28,052 nt of DNA from NCBI RefSeq assembly GCF_004010195.1, contig NC_057720.1, forward strand, positions 12,092,543-12,120,594, in the 5' to 3' direction. The notes beneath the pieces were generated by a model. That model was given only the letters and a program-made list of their open reading frames with translations, was not told the DNA's origin and searched no databases. This DNA is from Chiloscyllium plagiosum (lineage: Eukaryota). Position numbers and translations under genes: made by a program. Positions 1 to 10,764 of the stretch are shown one piece after another (positions within the stretch are counted from its first letter, which is position 1; each line of letters starts with the position of its first letter).

Positions 1-10
1 CGCTATTAGA

Positions 11-111
11 GGGCTCTGGTGGCGCAGTGGTAGTGTCCCTCCTGCTGAGCCAGGAGGCCCGGGTTCAAGTCCCACCTGCTCCAGAGTCGAGTCATAAAAT
101 CCCTGAACAGG
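11..111 (+). mobile_element. Short tRNA-derived SINE (Pol III A/B boxes)
   Basis: A-box TGGCGCAGTGG at about 20-30 and B-box GGTTCAAGTCC at about 62-72; no convincing cloverleaf. Confidence 0.7.
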
Positions 112-209
112 AGCCTTGGCTTAAGTATCTGACTGGGCTTTAGGGGCGAGGTGTGCGTTTCCAGTGTTAACACGTGCTGCTTGTTTAGCTCCCTGGACTG
201 CTATTCCCA

Positions 210-771
210 CCCTGGGAGCGTGTCAGTATTTACGGGGGGGTCCCTGGGAGCGTGTCAGTATTTACAGGGGTGTCTCTGGGAGTGTGTCAGTATTTACAGG
301 GGTATCCCTGGGAGTGTGTCAGTATTTACAGATTTACAGGGGTGTCTCTGGGAGTGTGTCAGTATTTGCAGGGGGGTCTCTGGGAGTGTGTCAGTATCTA
401 CAGGGGCGTCCCTGAGAGTGTCATTATTTACAGGGGTGTCTCTGGGAGTGTGTCAGTATTTGCAGGGGGGTCTCTGGGAGTGTGTCAGTATCTACAGGGG
501 CGTCCCTGAGAGTGTCATTATTTACAGGGGTGTCTCTGGGAGTGTGTCAGTATTTGCAGGGGGGTCTCTGGGAGTGTGTCAGTATCTACAGGGGCGTCCC
601 TGAGAGTGTCATTATTTACAGGGGTGTCTCTGGGAGTGTGTCAGTATTTGCAGGGGGATCTCTGGGAGTGTGTCAGTATTTGCAGGGGGGTCTCTGGGAG
701 TGTGTCAGTATCTACAGGGGCGTCCCTGAGAGTGTCATTATTTACAGGGGGGTCCCTGGGAGTGTGTCAGT
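210..771. repeat. G-rich minisatellite, 30-32 bp monomer (ctgggagtgtgtcagtatttacaggggtgtct), with 94-bp higher-order unit
   Basis: Directly visible tandem array. The variant monomer ctgagagtgtcatta recurs at 412, 506, 600 and 726 (spacing 94, 94, 126). Confidence 0.95.
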
Positions 772-1445
772 CTGTTCAAGGCATCTTGAGATTTATTTCC
801 AAAGAGTCCCTGGAATTGTCAGTATTTGCAGAGTTTGTCAACATAGAAATGTATTATAATTACTGGTCTTATGTGAATTCCTAACCGGGATTTTCCATAA
901 ATCACATTTGGGTGTGAGTTTAAAACATTGAATTGTAAAGTTTTTGATGTGTTTGTGTAGTGTGGGTGACATTGCCTGTTGACTTGCCGATTCTTAATTG
1001 CCCTGAGAATCTGATGGAAAAATTATTGTCTTTCTATGATGGTCCATCAACAATGATATTAGGTTAGAAGTTCCACCGATCTAATTCCCAATGATCTAAG
1101 GATAGTGTTGTAATACCATAACTGGATGGCATGTGAGGCGGTGGTGATGGTATTGCCACAATATTGCTTCTCGTTGTCACAATGGTATTCAGGGGTCACA
1201 GCAGCAGGAAATGCTGTTGATGTTACTATAACAAAAAAATGCTGTGAACGCTGGAAAATCTGGAGGGAAAACAAGCAGGTGCTGCAACTTGCAGGTTAGT
1301 TGGTATCAGTGGAGAGACAATCAGTTCATTGTTCAGGCCAAGGAGATTTCATTTGAATTGAAAAAATGTTACAGACATGACAGGTTAAAGGGAGTACTAG
1401 AAAGGAGATCATTAACTCTAGTGTCGAGACAACTAATACCAACAG

Positions 1446-1605
1446 GAGTAGAGTGGTGCTGGGAAAGCACAGCAGTTCAGGAAGCATACGAGAAGCAGTA
1501 AAATCGACGTTTCGGGCAAAAGCCCTTCATCAGGAATACAGGCAGAGTGCCTGAAGGGTGGAGAGATAAATGAGAGGAGGGTGGGGAGAAAGTAGCATAG
1601 AGTAC
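1446..1605 (-). mobile_element. Penelope-like terminal-repeat fragment with hammerhead motif
   Basis: 11-bp TSD aataccaacag (1435-1445, 1606-1616). Minus strand reads CTGATGA-agggcttttgccc-GAAA-CGTC at 1533-1506. Confidence 0.8.
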
Positions 1606-1789
1606 AATACCAACAGCCATGGAGAGCGATACCTGTTGCGGCTGGAGCCTGTCTCTTCACCCTACTCTTTAGTAGAAATATAGCAAAAGTTATGAAACAA
1701 GTGCAGAAATTTCTGGAAAAGCTCAGCAGGTCTGGAAGCATCTGTGGAGAGAAATTGGAGTTAACGTTTCAGGTTGAGTGACCCTTCCT

Positions 1790-2665
1790 CTTACTGCAAC
1801 TGTACAAGGTGCCTGTGGGACCACATCTAGAGCACTGTGAGCAGTTTCAGTGTTTCAGGAATTATATTATTTTATTGAAGGCATTTCAGAGAAGGTTCAC
1901 TCGGGGATGATCCCTGATATAGAGGGGCTCTCTTATGAGCAAAGGCTAAACAGGTTGGGATTCTGTTCACTGGCGTGTAAAAGAATGAGAAGTGATCTCA
2001 TTGAAACATATAGGTTTCTTAAGGGTGGAACGGTCAACTGCAAGGGGACACAGATTCGAGGTGAGAGGGCAGAGTTTAGGGTAGAAGAACGGGGAAGTCT
2101 TTCACACGAGGGTGGTGGGTGCCTGGAACACACTGCCAGTGGAGGTGGTGGAAGCAGGCACATTAGCAATGTTTAACGTGTATCTTGATAGACACGGGAG
2201 GGGAACAGAGGGATCGAAAACATGTATGGGCATTAAGTAGCGGGTCTAAATAAGAGTTAGGAATTGGTGTATGTGGGCCAAAGGGCCTTTCCCTGTGCTG
2301 TATTGTATTGTATCATTGTATTAATAGGTTTGACAGGGTAAATGCTGAGAGAATGTTTCCCTTCATGAGAGAGGCTAGAACCAGAAGGCACCATCTTAGA
2401 ATAAAAGGGCACCAATTTCGGACTGAGATGAGGATGAATTTCTTCTCTCAGAGAGTTGCGAGTGTTTGGAACTCCTTGCCACGGAACACTATCAGTGGGC
2501 AGAATCCTTGTGTACATTTTAAGGTTGAGATAGATAGATCAGTCAGGGAATCAAGGGGTGCAGGGAAAGGACAGGAAAGTGAATGTGAGGAATGTTGGGT
2601 CAGCCATGATCCCATTGAATGAGGAACGGGCTTGAGGGGCCGAACAGTCTACTCTTGTTCTTATT
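1790..2665 (+). mobile_element. Decayed CR1 LINE 3' end with a second CR1 3' fragment nested at about 2026-2322
   Basis: CR1 ORF2 C-terminal peptides (GLSYEQRLNRLG, RSDLIETY, NFFSQRVASVWNSLP). The nested piece ends in a (tattg)n tail. Confidence 0.8.
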
Positions 2666-3842
2666 TCGGCTTTTAAACTTTCAAGTTACTCCCAGACCAA
2701 ACACTTTGCAAGGTCAGAACTGCCGATCTGCGCTGTCCTTTGCATGAAGGATTACTGGCTGACATCAACAGCCTCACTCTAGTTATAAGGTTCGACTTCT
2801 TTGGTCTGGAGTATCTGAATCATTGACTGAGTTATGCAGTTGTATAAAGCTGTGCTTAAACTCCTTTGGGAGTACTCTGTAATGTCCCAGGCACTGCACC
2901 TCAGGAAGGATATGTTGGCTTTGGACAGAAACAGCACATATTCATCAGAATGAGTTAAATTATGAGGATTTAAATGAGCTGATACGAAGCTTGTGTTTTG
3001 TAAGCCTGACGGAGGAAGAGTAGACTTGCGGAGTTGGGAATGAATTTTCTCACTCATTATGTGTTTTGAAATTTTTGAAAATAGAGTTAGAGCGTGTGTG
3101 GGTATAATGGAACTCCAGGACGTAGGGAGCAGCCTGGAATTGTTGCTTTGTGCACTTGTCGAATGTTAGCATTGTTGGCTGGGCCAGTATTTATTGCCTA
3201 TCGCTAACTGCCCTGGAGAACTGCATTCATGAAGCAGTACAGCCCAGGGGTGTGAAGGTGCCCACTGTGCTGTTAGGGACGAAATGATTTTGAGCCAGAG
3301 CGTCAAGTTCCAAGTCAGATTGGTGTGTCACTTGGAGGGCAATTGGCAAGCCATGGTGTTCCCATGTATTTGCTGCCCCTGTCCTTCCAATGGGATGGGA
3401 CACAGACTTGGACAGTGCTGTTGAAAGGGCCTTAGCAATTTGCTGAAATGCGTCTTGTCAGTGTGTTAGTGGTACTCTGGTTAAATGTTTGGAGGTGGTG
3501 GATGGACTGCATTGTCAAGTGAGCTACTTCATCTTGTTGCTTTGGAAGAAGTTATGGGACTTTTGTGGAGCAGACACCAAAGCAATATCGACCTAATAGA
3601 AGGAGGTAGAAGATTTGCTCCTCCCAGTTCCTGTTATAAGTTGAATGTTCAATAACTCCAATCAACAAGAATTAATTTAACATTTGAAAGTGCCTTGTAA
3701 CAAATGGGTAAATTTTATGAATAAGTGTGGTAAATGTTTGGAATTTTCTTCTGAGCTACTGACGCTCCATCAGTTATTGATTTCAGAACTGAGACTGAAG
3801 GCTTTTTGTTACCAAAGATGTTCAGGAATATAGGACAAATCC

Positions 3843-4503
3843 CCCGGAGCATCGGAGGCTGAGGGGTGACGTTATAGAGGTTTATAAAATCATGAGGGGC
3901 ATGGATAGGATAAATAGACAAAGTCTTTTCCCTGGGGTGGGGGAGCGCAGAACTGGAGGGCATAGGTTTAGGTGAGAGGGGAAAGATATAAAAGAGACCT
4001 AAGGGGCAACTTTTATCACGCAGAGGGTGGTACGTGTATGGAATGACCTGCCAGAGGAAGTGGTGGAGGCTGGTACATTGCATTACATTACATTACAGTG
4101 TGGAAACAGGCCCTTCGGCCCAACAAGTCCACACCGACCCGCCGAATCGCAACCCACCCATACCCCTACATTTACCCCTTACCTAACACTACGGGCAATT
4201 TAGCATGGCCAATTCACCTGACCTGCACATCTTTGGACTGTGGGAGGAAACCGGAGCACCCGGAGGAAACCCACGCAGACACGGGGAGAACGTGCAAACT
4301 CCACACAGGCAGTTGCCTGAGGCGGTACAATTCCAACATTTGAAAGGCATCTGGATGGGTATATGAATAGGAAGGGTTTGGAGGAATATGGGCCGGGTGC
4401 TGGCAAGTGGGACTAGATTGGGTTGGGATATCTGGTCAGCATGGACATGTTGGACCGAAGGGTCTGTTTCTGTGTTGTACATCACTCTGACTCTGTGACT
4501 CTA
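3843..4503 (+). mobile_element. CR1 (HER1-like) LINE 3' end interrupted by a SINE
   Basis: RLRGDVIEVYKIMRGMDR-type coding remnant, a 3' UTR ending in gactct repeats, and close similarity to 21395-22026. Confidence 0.85.
4081..4323 (-). mobile_element. HE1-type V-SINE, 5'-truncated, (TAATG)n tail
   Basis: V-domain on the minus strand (gtgtggagtttgcacgttctccccgtgtctgcgtgggtttcctccgggtgctccggtttcctcccacagtccaaagatgtgc) plus a CR1-like tail. Confidence 0.88.
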
Positions 4504-4709
4504 AATGAAGTCAGGTCACCGATCAGCTATGATCTCATTGAATGGTGTACCAGGCTCAAGGGGGACTCAAGTTCCTATGTTCCTCAGTTGTTGTTGCCTC
4601 TCAGAGACAGCATCTCCTTTGATTGAACCGTTGCTCTGCCTGGCTGCACAGTGTGTCATTGAGCAATATAGATCAGTAAAGTTATTGATTGAAAGGTGAG
4701 TAAAGCCAG

Positions 4710-5297
4710 TGTGACGGATCTGTTTCTTTAACAAGGTTAGGTTGTCCTTTTTCTTCAGAGAGGTTACAAATGACACAGGTTCCGGAAAGTCTGAGGATGG
4801 ATGGATTTTAGGGCCAATTTGTCTACAGCTAACAGATACTACCTCAGGCAGAAGGCTTTCAAGTTTTAAGAAAAAAACTTTATAATGAAAGGGGAGTGGC
4901 CAGTTCTAGCAGCTCAGCTATCCTTTGGTTTGGTTTGAATGTAGCAGTGGGTATGTGAAGAGAGGCTACTGGACTCTCTCTTTCTGACTTCTGTCGTTTT
5001 CCTTTTGTGCCAACAGGTGTTTATGGGGATTGTTGCAAGTATTTTGGAACAGCATCATTAAGTTGGGATAGTCTTTTGGGTTTTTGGATAAGACAAGTTA
5101 TTCGGTGTTCTGTTTTCTGTTCTTTGTGCTTCATTCAGTAATCTTGTAAATAAATTCTGTTTTCTTTGAAACTAAGTAGTCTGACCAGTTGATTCTCTCC
5201 TGGAATATCCACTGTACACTTGCTTAAAACAAATGCAAACTTAGGGTCTAGAATATCTTCTTGAAATGTTTTGAGGGGTCTTGCCTGGTCTATAACA
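4710..5297 (+). mobile_element. Solo LTR, 588 bp, probably Gypsy-type
   Basis: TGT...ACA termini, perfect 4-bp TSD ccag (4706-4709, 5298-5301), TATA-like tataat at 4881 and AATAAA at 5149-5154. Superfamily is inferred from TSD length only. Confidence 0.75.
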
Positions 5298-6225
5298 CCA
5301 GGAAGATGTTGGTATGGCACCATTTGTTTCATCAGCTTCACTGCCATTTTAATCACCGTCACCTTTGCCGACATGAATCGTATCGTAAGATCTTACGGAA
5401 TAGAATGAGGCTCTTTGGTCCATCATAACTGTACTAGCTCTTCTATAATTTTTAGGCTGACTCCCTTATTCCACGTAGCTGTTCAACTTTCTCCCCTTCA
5501 AGCTGTTTTTCCAATTCTCTCTTGATAAGTTTTTGTTCAATTAATTCCACCACATCTGAAGCAACACTTTCCATGTCAAAACAACCTTACACCTTTGGCC
5601 TGTGCAATCAATTTTTCTTTATGCCCTCAATCAAAACCTTCCAAAGGTCTACATTCAGATAGCAATTTTATTCCATGCAATCTGTCCTGAGGTGTTTGAG
5701 GGAGGCAAAAGCAGACAAAGGTCAATACTGAGCCAAACAAAGAGAACAGAACAAAAAGCCTGGTCACACAAGTGGGTCTTTGAGCAGGTGAGGTGTGAGG
5801 GTTTAGAGAAGAACATTCAAAGCTTTTGGCCAAAGGACCTGCTGTTGTTGTCCCTGGACTATGACAACCAATGTTCTTGGAAATTTGAGGTTTTTTAAAA
5901 AAACTATTAGTGCTCTGCACTTAGAGGAAATAAAAAAAAGGATCTGATAGAGGTCCAGGTAGGGACTTTGACCTATCGATGCACATGTGGATTTACAAGT
6001 TGCATTCCCAACACAGGTGGGACCTGAGAAGAACCAGCTCAGGAAATAATCCATTTCTGGATTGGATTGTTGTTAAGACGTTAAGATTTTCTAAAAGGAG
6101 GAGATGATGGAGAGGGAATTTCTGACAGTGAGGCTTCAATGACTGATTTCTGATTAAAGACATGGCAGTGGAAGTATGATGGTGCATAGGGAATGTCTAT
6201 AAGATTCACAAAGCTCTTCCCTCCA

Positions 6226-6569
6226 GGGAAGGTGATGGCCTAGTGGTATTATTGTTGGGCTGTTAGCCCACAGATCCAGATAATATTCTGGGCACCTGGT
6301 TCAAATCCTATGATGATAGATGGTGGAATTAGAATTCAATAAGAAAAAGCTAGGATTAAGAGTTTAATATTGACCATGAATCCATTGATCGGGAAAACCC
6401 AATCACTAATGTCCTTGAGGGAAGGAAACTGCCATCCTTAACTCCATATGACTCAAGACCTATCGCAATGTGGTTGACTCTTAACTGTCCTCAGGGCAAT
6501 TAGGGATGGGCAATAAATGCTGGCCTAGCCAGTGATGTCCTCATTCTGTGAATGAACAAAGAAAAAAAT
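6226..6569 (+). mobile_element. Full-length tRNA-derived SINE, second family
   Basis: A-box tggcctagtgg 6236-6246, B-box ggttcaaatcc 6298-6308 and an A-rich end. Further copies lie at about 14922-15250 (+) and 9560-9795 (-). Confidence 0.8.
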
Positions 6570-6683
6570 ACTGCATTGCAATGTTGTAGGAAAGGCTGTG
6601 CTGACAGCCTGCATGATCATTGTTTTGAATCTTGCAGTTATTAAAGAATAAATTTGTAAATAAATATTTTTTGCCTGCCTTAG

Positions 6684-6879
6684 GTAAAGCTCCCTCCTCT
6701 TGTGAGGAAACTCTTGCTGATCTCCGTCGTGGGGGCTGCTTCACTCGCTATTTTGACTCACCAGTTAAAACGAAAGCGTGGGAAGAAAAAGCAGGAAGAG
6801 GAGACGGAGAAAGAGCAGTCGCCATGGGAACAGGAGCTTTTCATACCTGAATTTTCCAGGACAGCAGCATCAGAGAAAG
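6684..6879 (+). CDS. MIGA1: Mitoguardin 1 internal coding exon (membrane anchor plus basic KRKRGKKK segment), phase 0 in, phase 1 out
   Basis: Acceptor ttgcctgccttag|, donor AAG|gttaat. The 196 nt translate VKLPPLVRKLLLISVVGAASLAILTHQLKRKRGKKKQEEETEKEQSPWEQELFIPEFSRTAASEK-G. This matches recalled vertebrate MIGA1 IKFSPVAKKLFVVTAVSAISVIFLAHHFKRKRGKKKGKILPWEPEHLILEYTKRAASDKG. Homology is from memory, not a search. Confidence 0.93.
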
Positions 6880-7534
6880 GTTAATGTAGACGCTTTTATT
6901 TTATACCTTTACTTTTATTTAACATTTCCTTCCATAAAGAACATTTGTGAACAGTTTGGATTTTTATGACAATGCACTGATTTCATTTGTGGCAATTCAC
7001 TGGTTTCCATTACGAATACTGACATTTTATTCCAGATTGATTGAATTGTCTAATTTTAAATTCCACACTGAAAGTGTATCTCTCAATCATTAATCAACTC
7101 TGCTCCTTTTACCTTTTACATTTTTGCTGCTGCTGCTTCTTAAGATGACACACCCATTCCAGTCTTCGTGTTTTCTGCTTGAGTTGTGTTAAAGGTTATA
7201 AATAATTTCCTATTGTCTTCTCTCCCTGGAATGTTTTCTTGTGATGTGCTGAGGGATAGGAACAGTTTAAGGCCATTCAACTTCTTGAACCGTTTTTGCC
7301 ATTTTAGTTCGATCGCAGCTAATTACTGCTTCAATTCCAACTCTTCTTAATTAATTCCAAGGGAAACGAGCTGCTGTATAAGAGAGTGAGGATCCGAAAG
7401 GGTCAATGCCTCAGGTATTGTCCGCTGAAATGCTGACAAAGGAACTTAGTGAGGGAAATCTTGAAGGAGTGAAGCCTGGCATCTGGGTCCTTCTCACAGC
7501 CTTTGTGACGAGGGGGCCAGAACTTTCCCAGTTA

Positions 7535-7753
7535 CAGGTCGTTCCGCTATAATGTGCGTTTAGTTAATACAAATTTGCCATAACACAATTGATGAATTGG
7601 GGACAGAGTTTTGAAAGCACAAAGTTTTAACTTGTGTATTGGTTATAACTCGATTCTGGCCCTATTAGTTTAAATGGCGCCGCTATTACACGATTTTCTT
7701 ATAACACGGGATTGCACAAGAACAGAACTAGCGCGTTATAGCGGAACTGACTG
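7535..7753. mobile_element. MITE, Tc1/mariner-pogo (Tigger-like) non-autonomous DNA transposon
   Basis: TA duplications at 7533-7534 and 7754-7755; imperfect TIRs caggtcgttccgctataa / ttatagcggaactgactg; 219 bp. Confidence 0.8.
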
Positions 7754-8107
7754 TACTGAACAGCAAGGGCATTGGTGAGAAAGTTGGGAGAATCATGTGA
7801 GATCAGCTGTGAGGAGGTTATTGATGTCAAGAGCAAAAACGCCCATTTTTCCCACCTAGTATTGAACGCCGAGATATATTCTTGCCAGTGAGCGGTGCTG
7901 GCAAGTATCAGTATGTACAAAAATTTGATTATTACTGTTCTAAAGAAGGGCCAAAAATGTTAACTCTGCTTTCTCTCCACAAGTGTTGCCAGACCTGCTG
8001 AGTTTTTCCAGCAAGTTCTCTTTTTGTTTTTGATTTCCGTCATCCACAGTTCTTTGGTTCCTTTATTATTACAAAGTCTCACGTCATTTTGTATGAAGTA
8101 TCCTATT

Positions 8108-8126
8108 CTCCCACTAGATGGCGACA
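8108..8126 (+). promoter_or_regulatory. Candidate CTCF motif CCACTAGATGGCG
   Basis: Matches the CTCF core consensus CCASYAGRKGGCR in apparently non-repeat sequence. Motif match only. Confidence 0.4.
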
Positions 8127-8277
8127 ATTCGTCTGAAAGTCAGAGGGTTACCCAGCAACTCTAGCTTGCTTCTTTCTCCTGTGGACTTCCATCCTGGACA
8201 TCGGATCAGATCAGCTTTGATCCCATTGAATGGTGGAGTAGGCCCGAGGAGCCAAGCGGCCTACTTCTCTTCCTGTT

Positions 8278-8893
8278 TAGAGTCATAGAGTCATACAGCA
8301 TGGAAACAGACCCTTCGGTCCAACCAATTCATTCCGACCATGTTCCCAAACACTAAACTAGTCCCACCTACTGGTGCTTGGCCCTTCTCCCTCCTATTCA
8401 TATTTATCTAAGTGTCTTTTAAACATTATAACTGTACCTGCATCCACCACTCTCTCTGGAAGTTCATTCCACACACAAAACACCCTCCCTGTTTAAAAAA
8501 AAGTTGCCCCATGTCCTTTTTAAATCTCTCTCCTCTCAGCTTAAAAATATGCCCTCTATCCTTGAAATCCCTCACCCTAGGGGTGAAATTCACCATATAT
8601 ATGCCCCTCATGATTTTATACATCTCTATAAGGTCACCCCTCAATCTCTAACGCTCCAGTAAAAGATGTCCCAGCCTCTCCTTATAACTCCAACCCTCCA
8701 TTCCGTGCAACATCCTGGTAAATCTCTTCTGAACCCTCTCCAGCTTAATAATATCCTTCCTATAACAGGGCGACCAGAACTGGCCACAGTATTCCAGAAG
8801 ATACCTCACCATTGTCCTATATAAGCTCAACTTGTCTTCCCAAATCCGACACTTAAAGGTCTAAGCAATGAAGGCAGGCATGCTAAACATCTT
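8278..8893 (-). mobile_element. CR1 LINE 3' fragment
   Basis: Minus-strand ORFs LYRTMVRYLLEYCGQFWSP and RGDLIEMYKIMRG; ctatgact-type tail. Confidence 0.87.
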
Positions 8894-10184
8894 TTGGAAT
8901 AACATCTAGAGGCATGGGCAGAGCCCGCAAGCACACCTGAGAACCAGGACCTCCAGGTCCCTATTGGCGAAGTAGGTATCAATTTCCCTCTGTTTTACAT
9001 TTTGTGGCAATTGACAGGCTCCAAGTGTTCAACTGGGTGCATGCTGGGCTTCAAAGATGGAGCCAGTGCCAGGAATCCTGGGAGGTCCTGGCAGTGGCCA
9101 GTACTTCCACCTGTGAAAGGTACCACAGGGAAGATACAATGAGCAGAGTGTCATAGAATTGTGGTGCAAAGGTAATGAGATGCGTTTGGGAAGATAATGT
9201 GAAAAAATGTGCTTGGGCTTATGGAGAGAAACCTTCCATGAAGCTTGCCAAAATTGTCACTCAGCCAATATCTAGTAAAATTTAGCCCAAAGTCTAATAC
9301 GTCAGTGTAACTAGTAACTAGTTACTGTCAGCATCTTGTTTAAGTCAAGTGCTCCTTCTCTTTGACTGCTAAGTAGATTTATTCTGTCACATTAGGCTCA
9401 AGCAGGCCCTGCATATCCCTACCCTGAACGAGGATGGTTGCAGCATGTCTGTCAGATAACTCATTTAGCAGGGTGGTGAGAATTGGTCTTAGACGTTTGT
9501 CAGCCATCCTTAGTAGCCCGTGAGAAGGTGGCATGAAAATACCTTCTATGCCACTAAGCCCAAGAGTTGCTGGGCCATTTCAGAGGGCAGTTACATAACC
9601 ACATTGCTTTGGGTCTGGAGTCACATGTAGGCCAGACCAGGTACGGGTGGCAGATTTCCTTCCATAAAGAACATTTGTGAACAATTTGGACTTTCATGAT
9701 AATGCACTGGTTTCATTTGTGGCAATCCACTAGTCTCAATTACTAATACTGACTTTTTATTCTAGATTTATTTAATTGTCTAATTTTAAACTCCAGCTGA
9801 ACGTAAATCTCTGGATCTTGAGACAACTCTGATCCTTTTACCGGATTTAAACATTTTTGCTCCATATCCCTTCTCCATAAGACAACATACCCATTCCAGT
9901 CTGGTAAACCTTCTCTGAATTGTTTCCAGTGCATTTACATCGTAAGAAACCTGTCGACATTAAAAATAGAAGCAGGAGAAGGTTGTTTCAAAGCTGCTCC
10001 ATTATTCAATAAGATTATGGCTAACCCCAAATCCCTATTTCTGCCCACTCCTGATCACCTTTCACCCCCTTGCTTACGAAGAATCGATCTACCTTTACCT
10101 TGAAAATAATTCACGTACTCTCTGCCTGAAATGATAGTCAAAATCATAAGTCAGAATTGGAATTCTGCACCTGTGCACTTCCCT

Positions 10185-10315
10185 CCAATTCACCTGATGA
10201 AGGCACAGTGCTCCGAAAGCTTGTGATTTTAAATAAACCTGTTGGACCATGACCCGGTGTTGTGTGACTTCTGACTTTGTCCGACCCTGTCCAACACCGG
10301 CACCTCCACACCATG
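10185..10315 (+). mobile_element. Penelope-like terminal-repeat fragment, AGCU family, with hammerhead motif
   Basis: cac-CTGATGA-aggcacagtgctcc-GAAA-GCTT-gtg at 10191-10225; downstream sequence is homologous to 17847-18060. Confidence 0.72.
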
Positions 10316-10764
10316 AAAAGGCGGTAGAAGCAGAGTTCCAAATTCTCAAAACCTAGAAAAAAAATTCACCTCATCCCAGTCTTAAATGGGGTGGCCCAGG
10401 TTTTCAAACAGCGACCTCTAGTTCTAGATTGTTCCTTCAAATGAAACGTCCTTTCCTCGTCTCCCCAGTCAAGGCCCTTCAGACATGTTCGGTCAAGTTG
10501 TCTCTTACATTTTTACACTCCAGCAGATATAAACCTAGTCTCATAAGATAACCAGGACTTGGTCTGGTAAACCTTCTCTGAACTGCTTCCAAGTCCTTTT
10601 AATTGTTACTTAAATAAGGAGACCAGTATTGTACACTGTATTCCAGATGTGATCTCATCAGTGCTCTGTATAACTAAAGCATAACCTTGCTATTTTTGTA
10701 TTCAGTTCCCCTTGCAATAAATGATAACTTTCTTAGTTATTTGCTGCACCTTGCTTCACCAAGT

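Noticed and set aside
11..85. tRNA gene
   Set aside because: A and B boxes are present, but there is no consistent acceptor and anticodon stem or T-run terminator. It fits a SINE head better.
210..771. CRISPR-like array
   Set aside because: Units are contiguous with no unique spacers, and the context is a vertebrate intron.
151..884. Overlapping repetitive ORFs (GVCQYLQG / GSVSVFTG repeats)
   Set aside because: They are translations of the minisatellite in several frames, with no splice or homology support.
5961..6016. Possible upstream MIGA1 exon (RDFDLSMHMWIYKLHSQ resembles recalled RVFDLPLTWYYSLSQ)
   Set aside because: The match needs two gaps, the nearby donor is phase 2 rather than the required phase 0, there is an in-frame stop at 5931, and no good acceptor exists. 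Probably chance.
6632..6969. Alternative-frame ORFs over the MIGA1 exon (6632-6850, 6778-6969)
   Set aside because: Only the frame starting at 6684 matches MIGA1 and the splice phases.
8900..9290. Possible DNA-transposon relic ending gtaaaatttagccc
   Set aside because: No matching opposite terminus or TSD could be identified.
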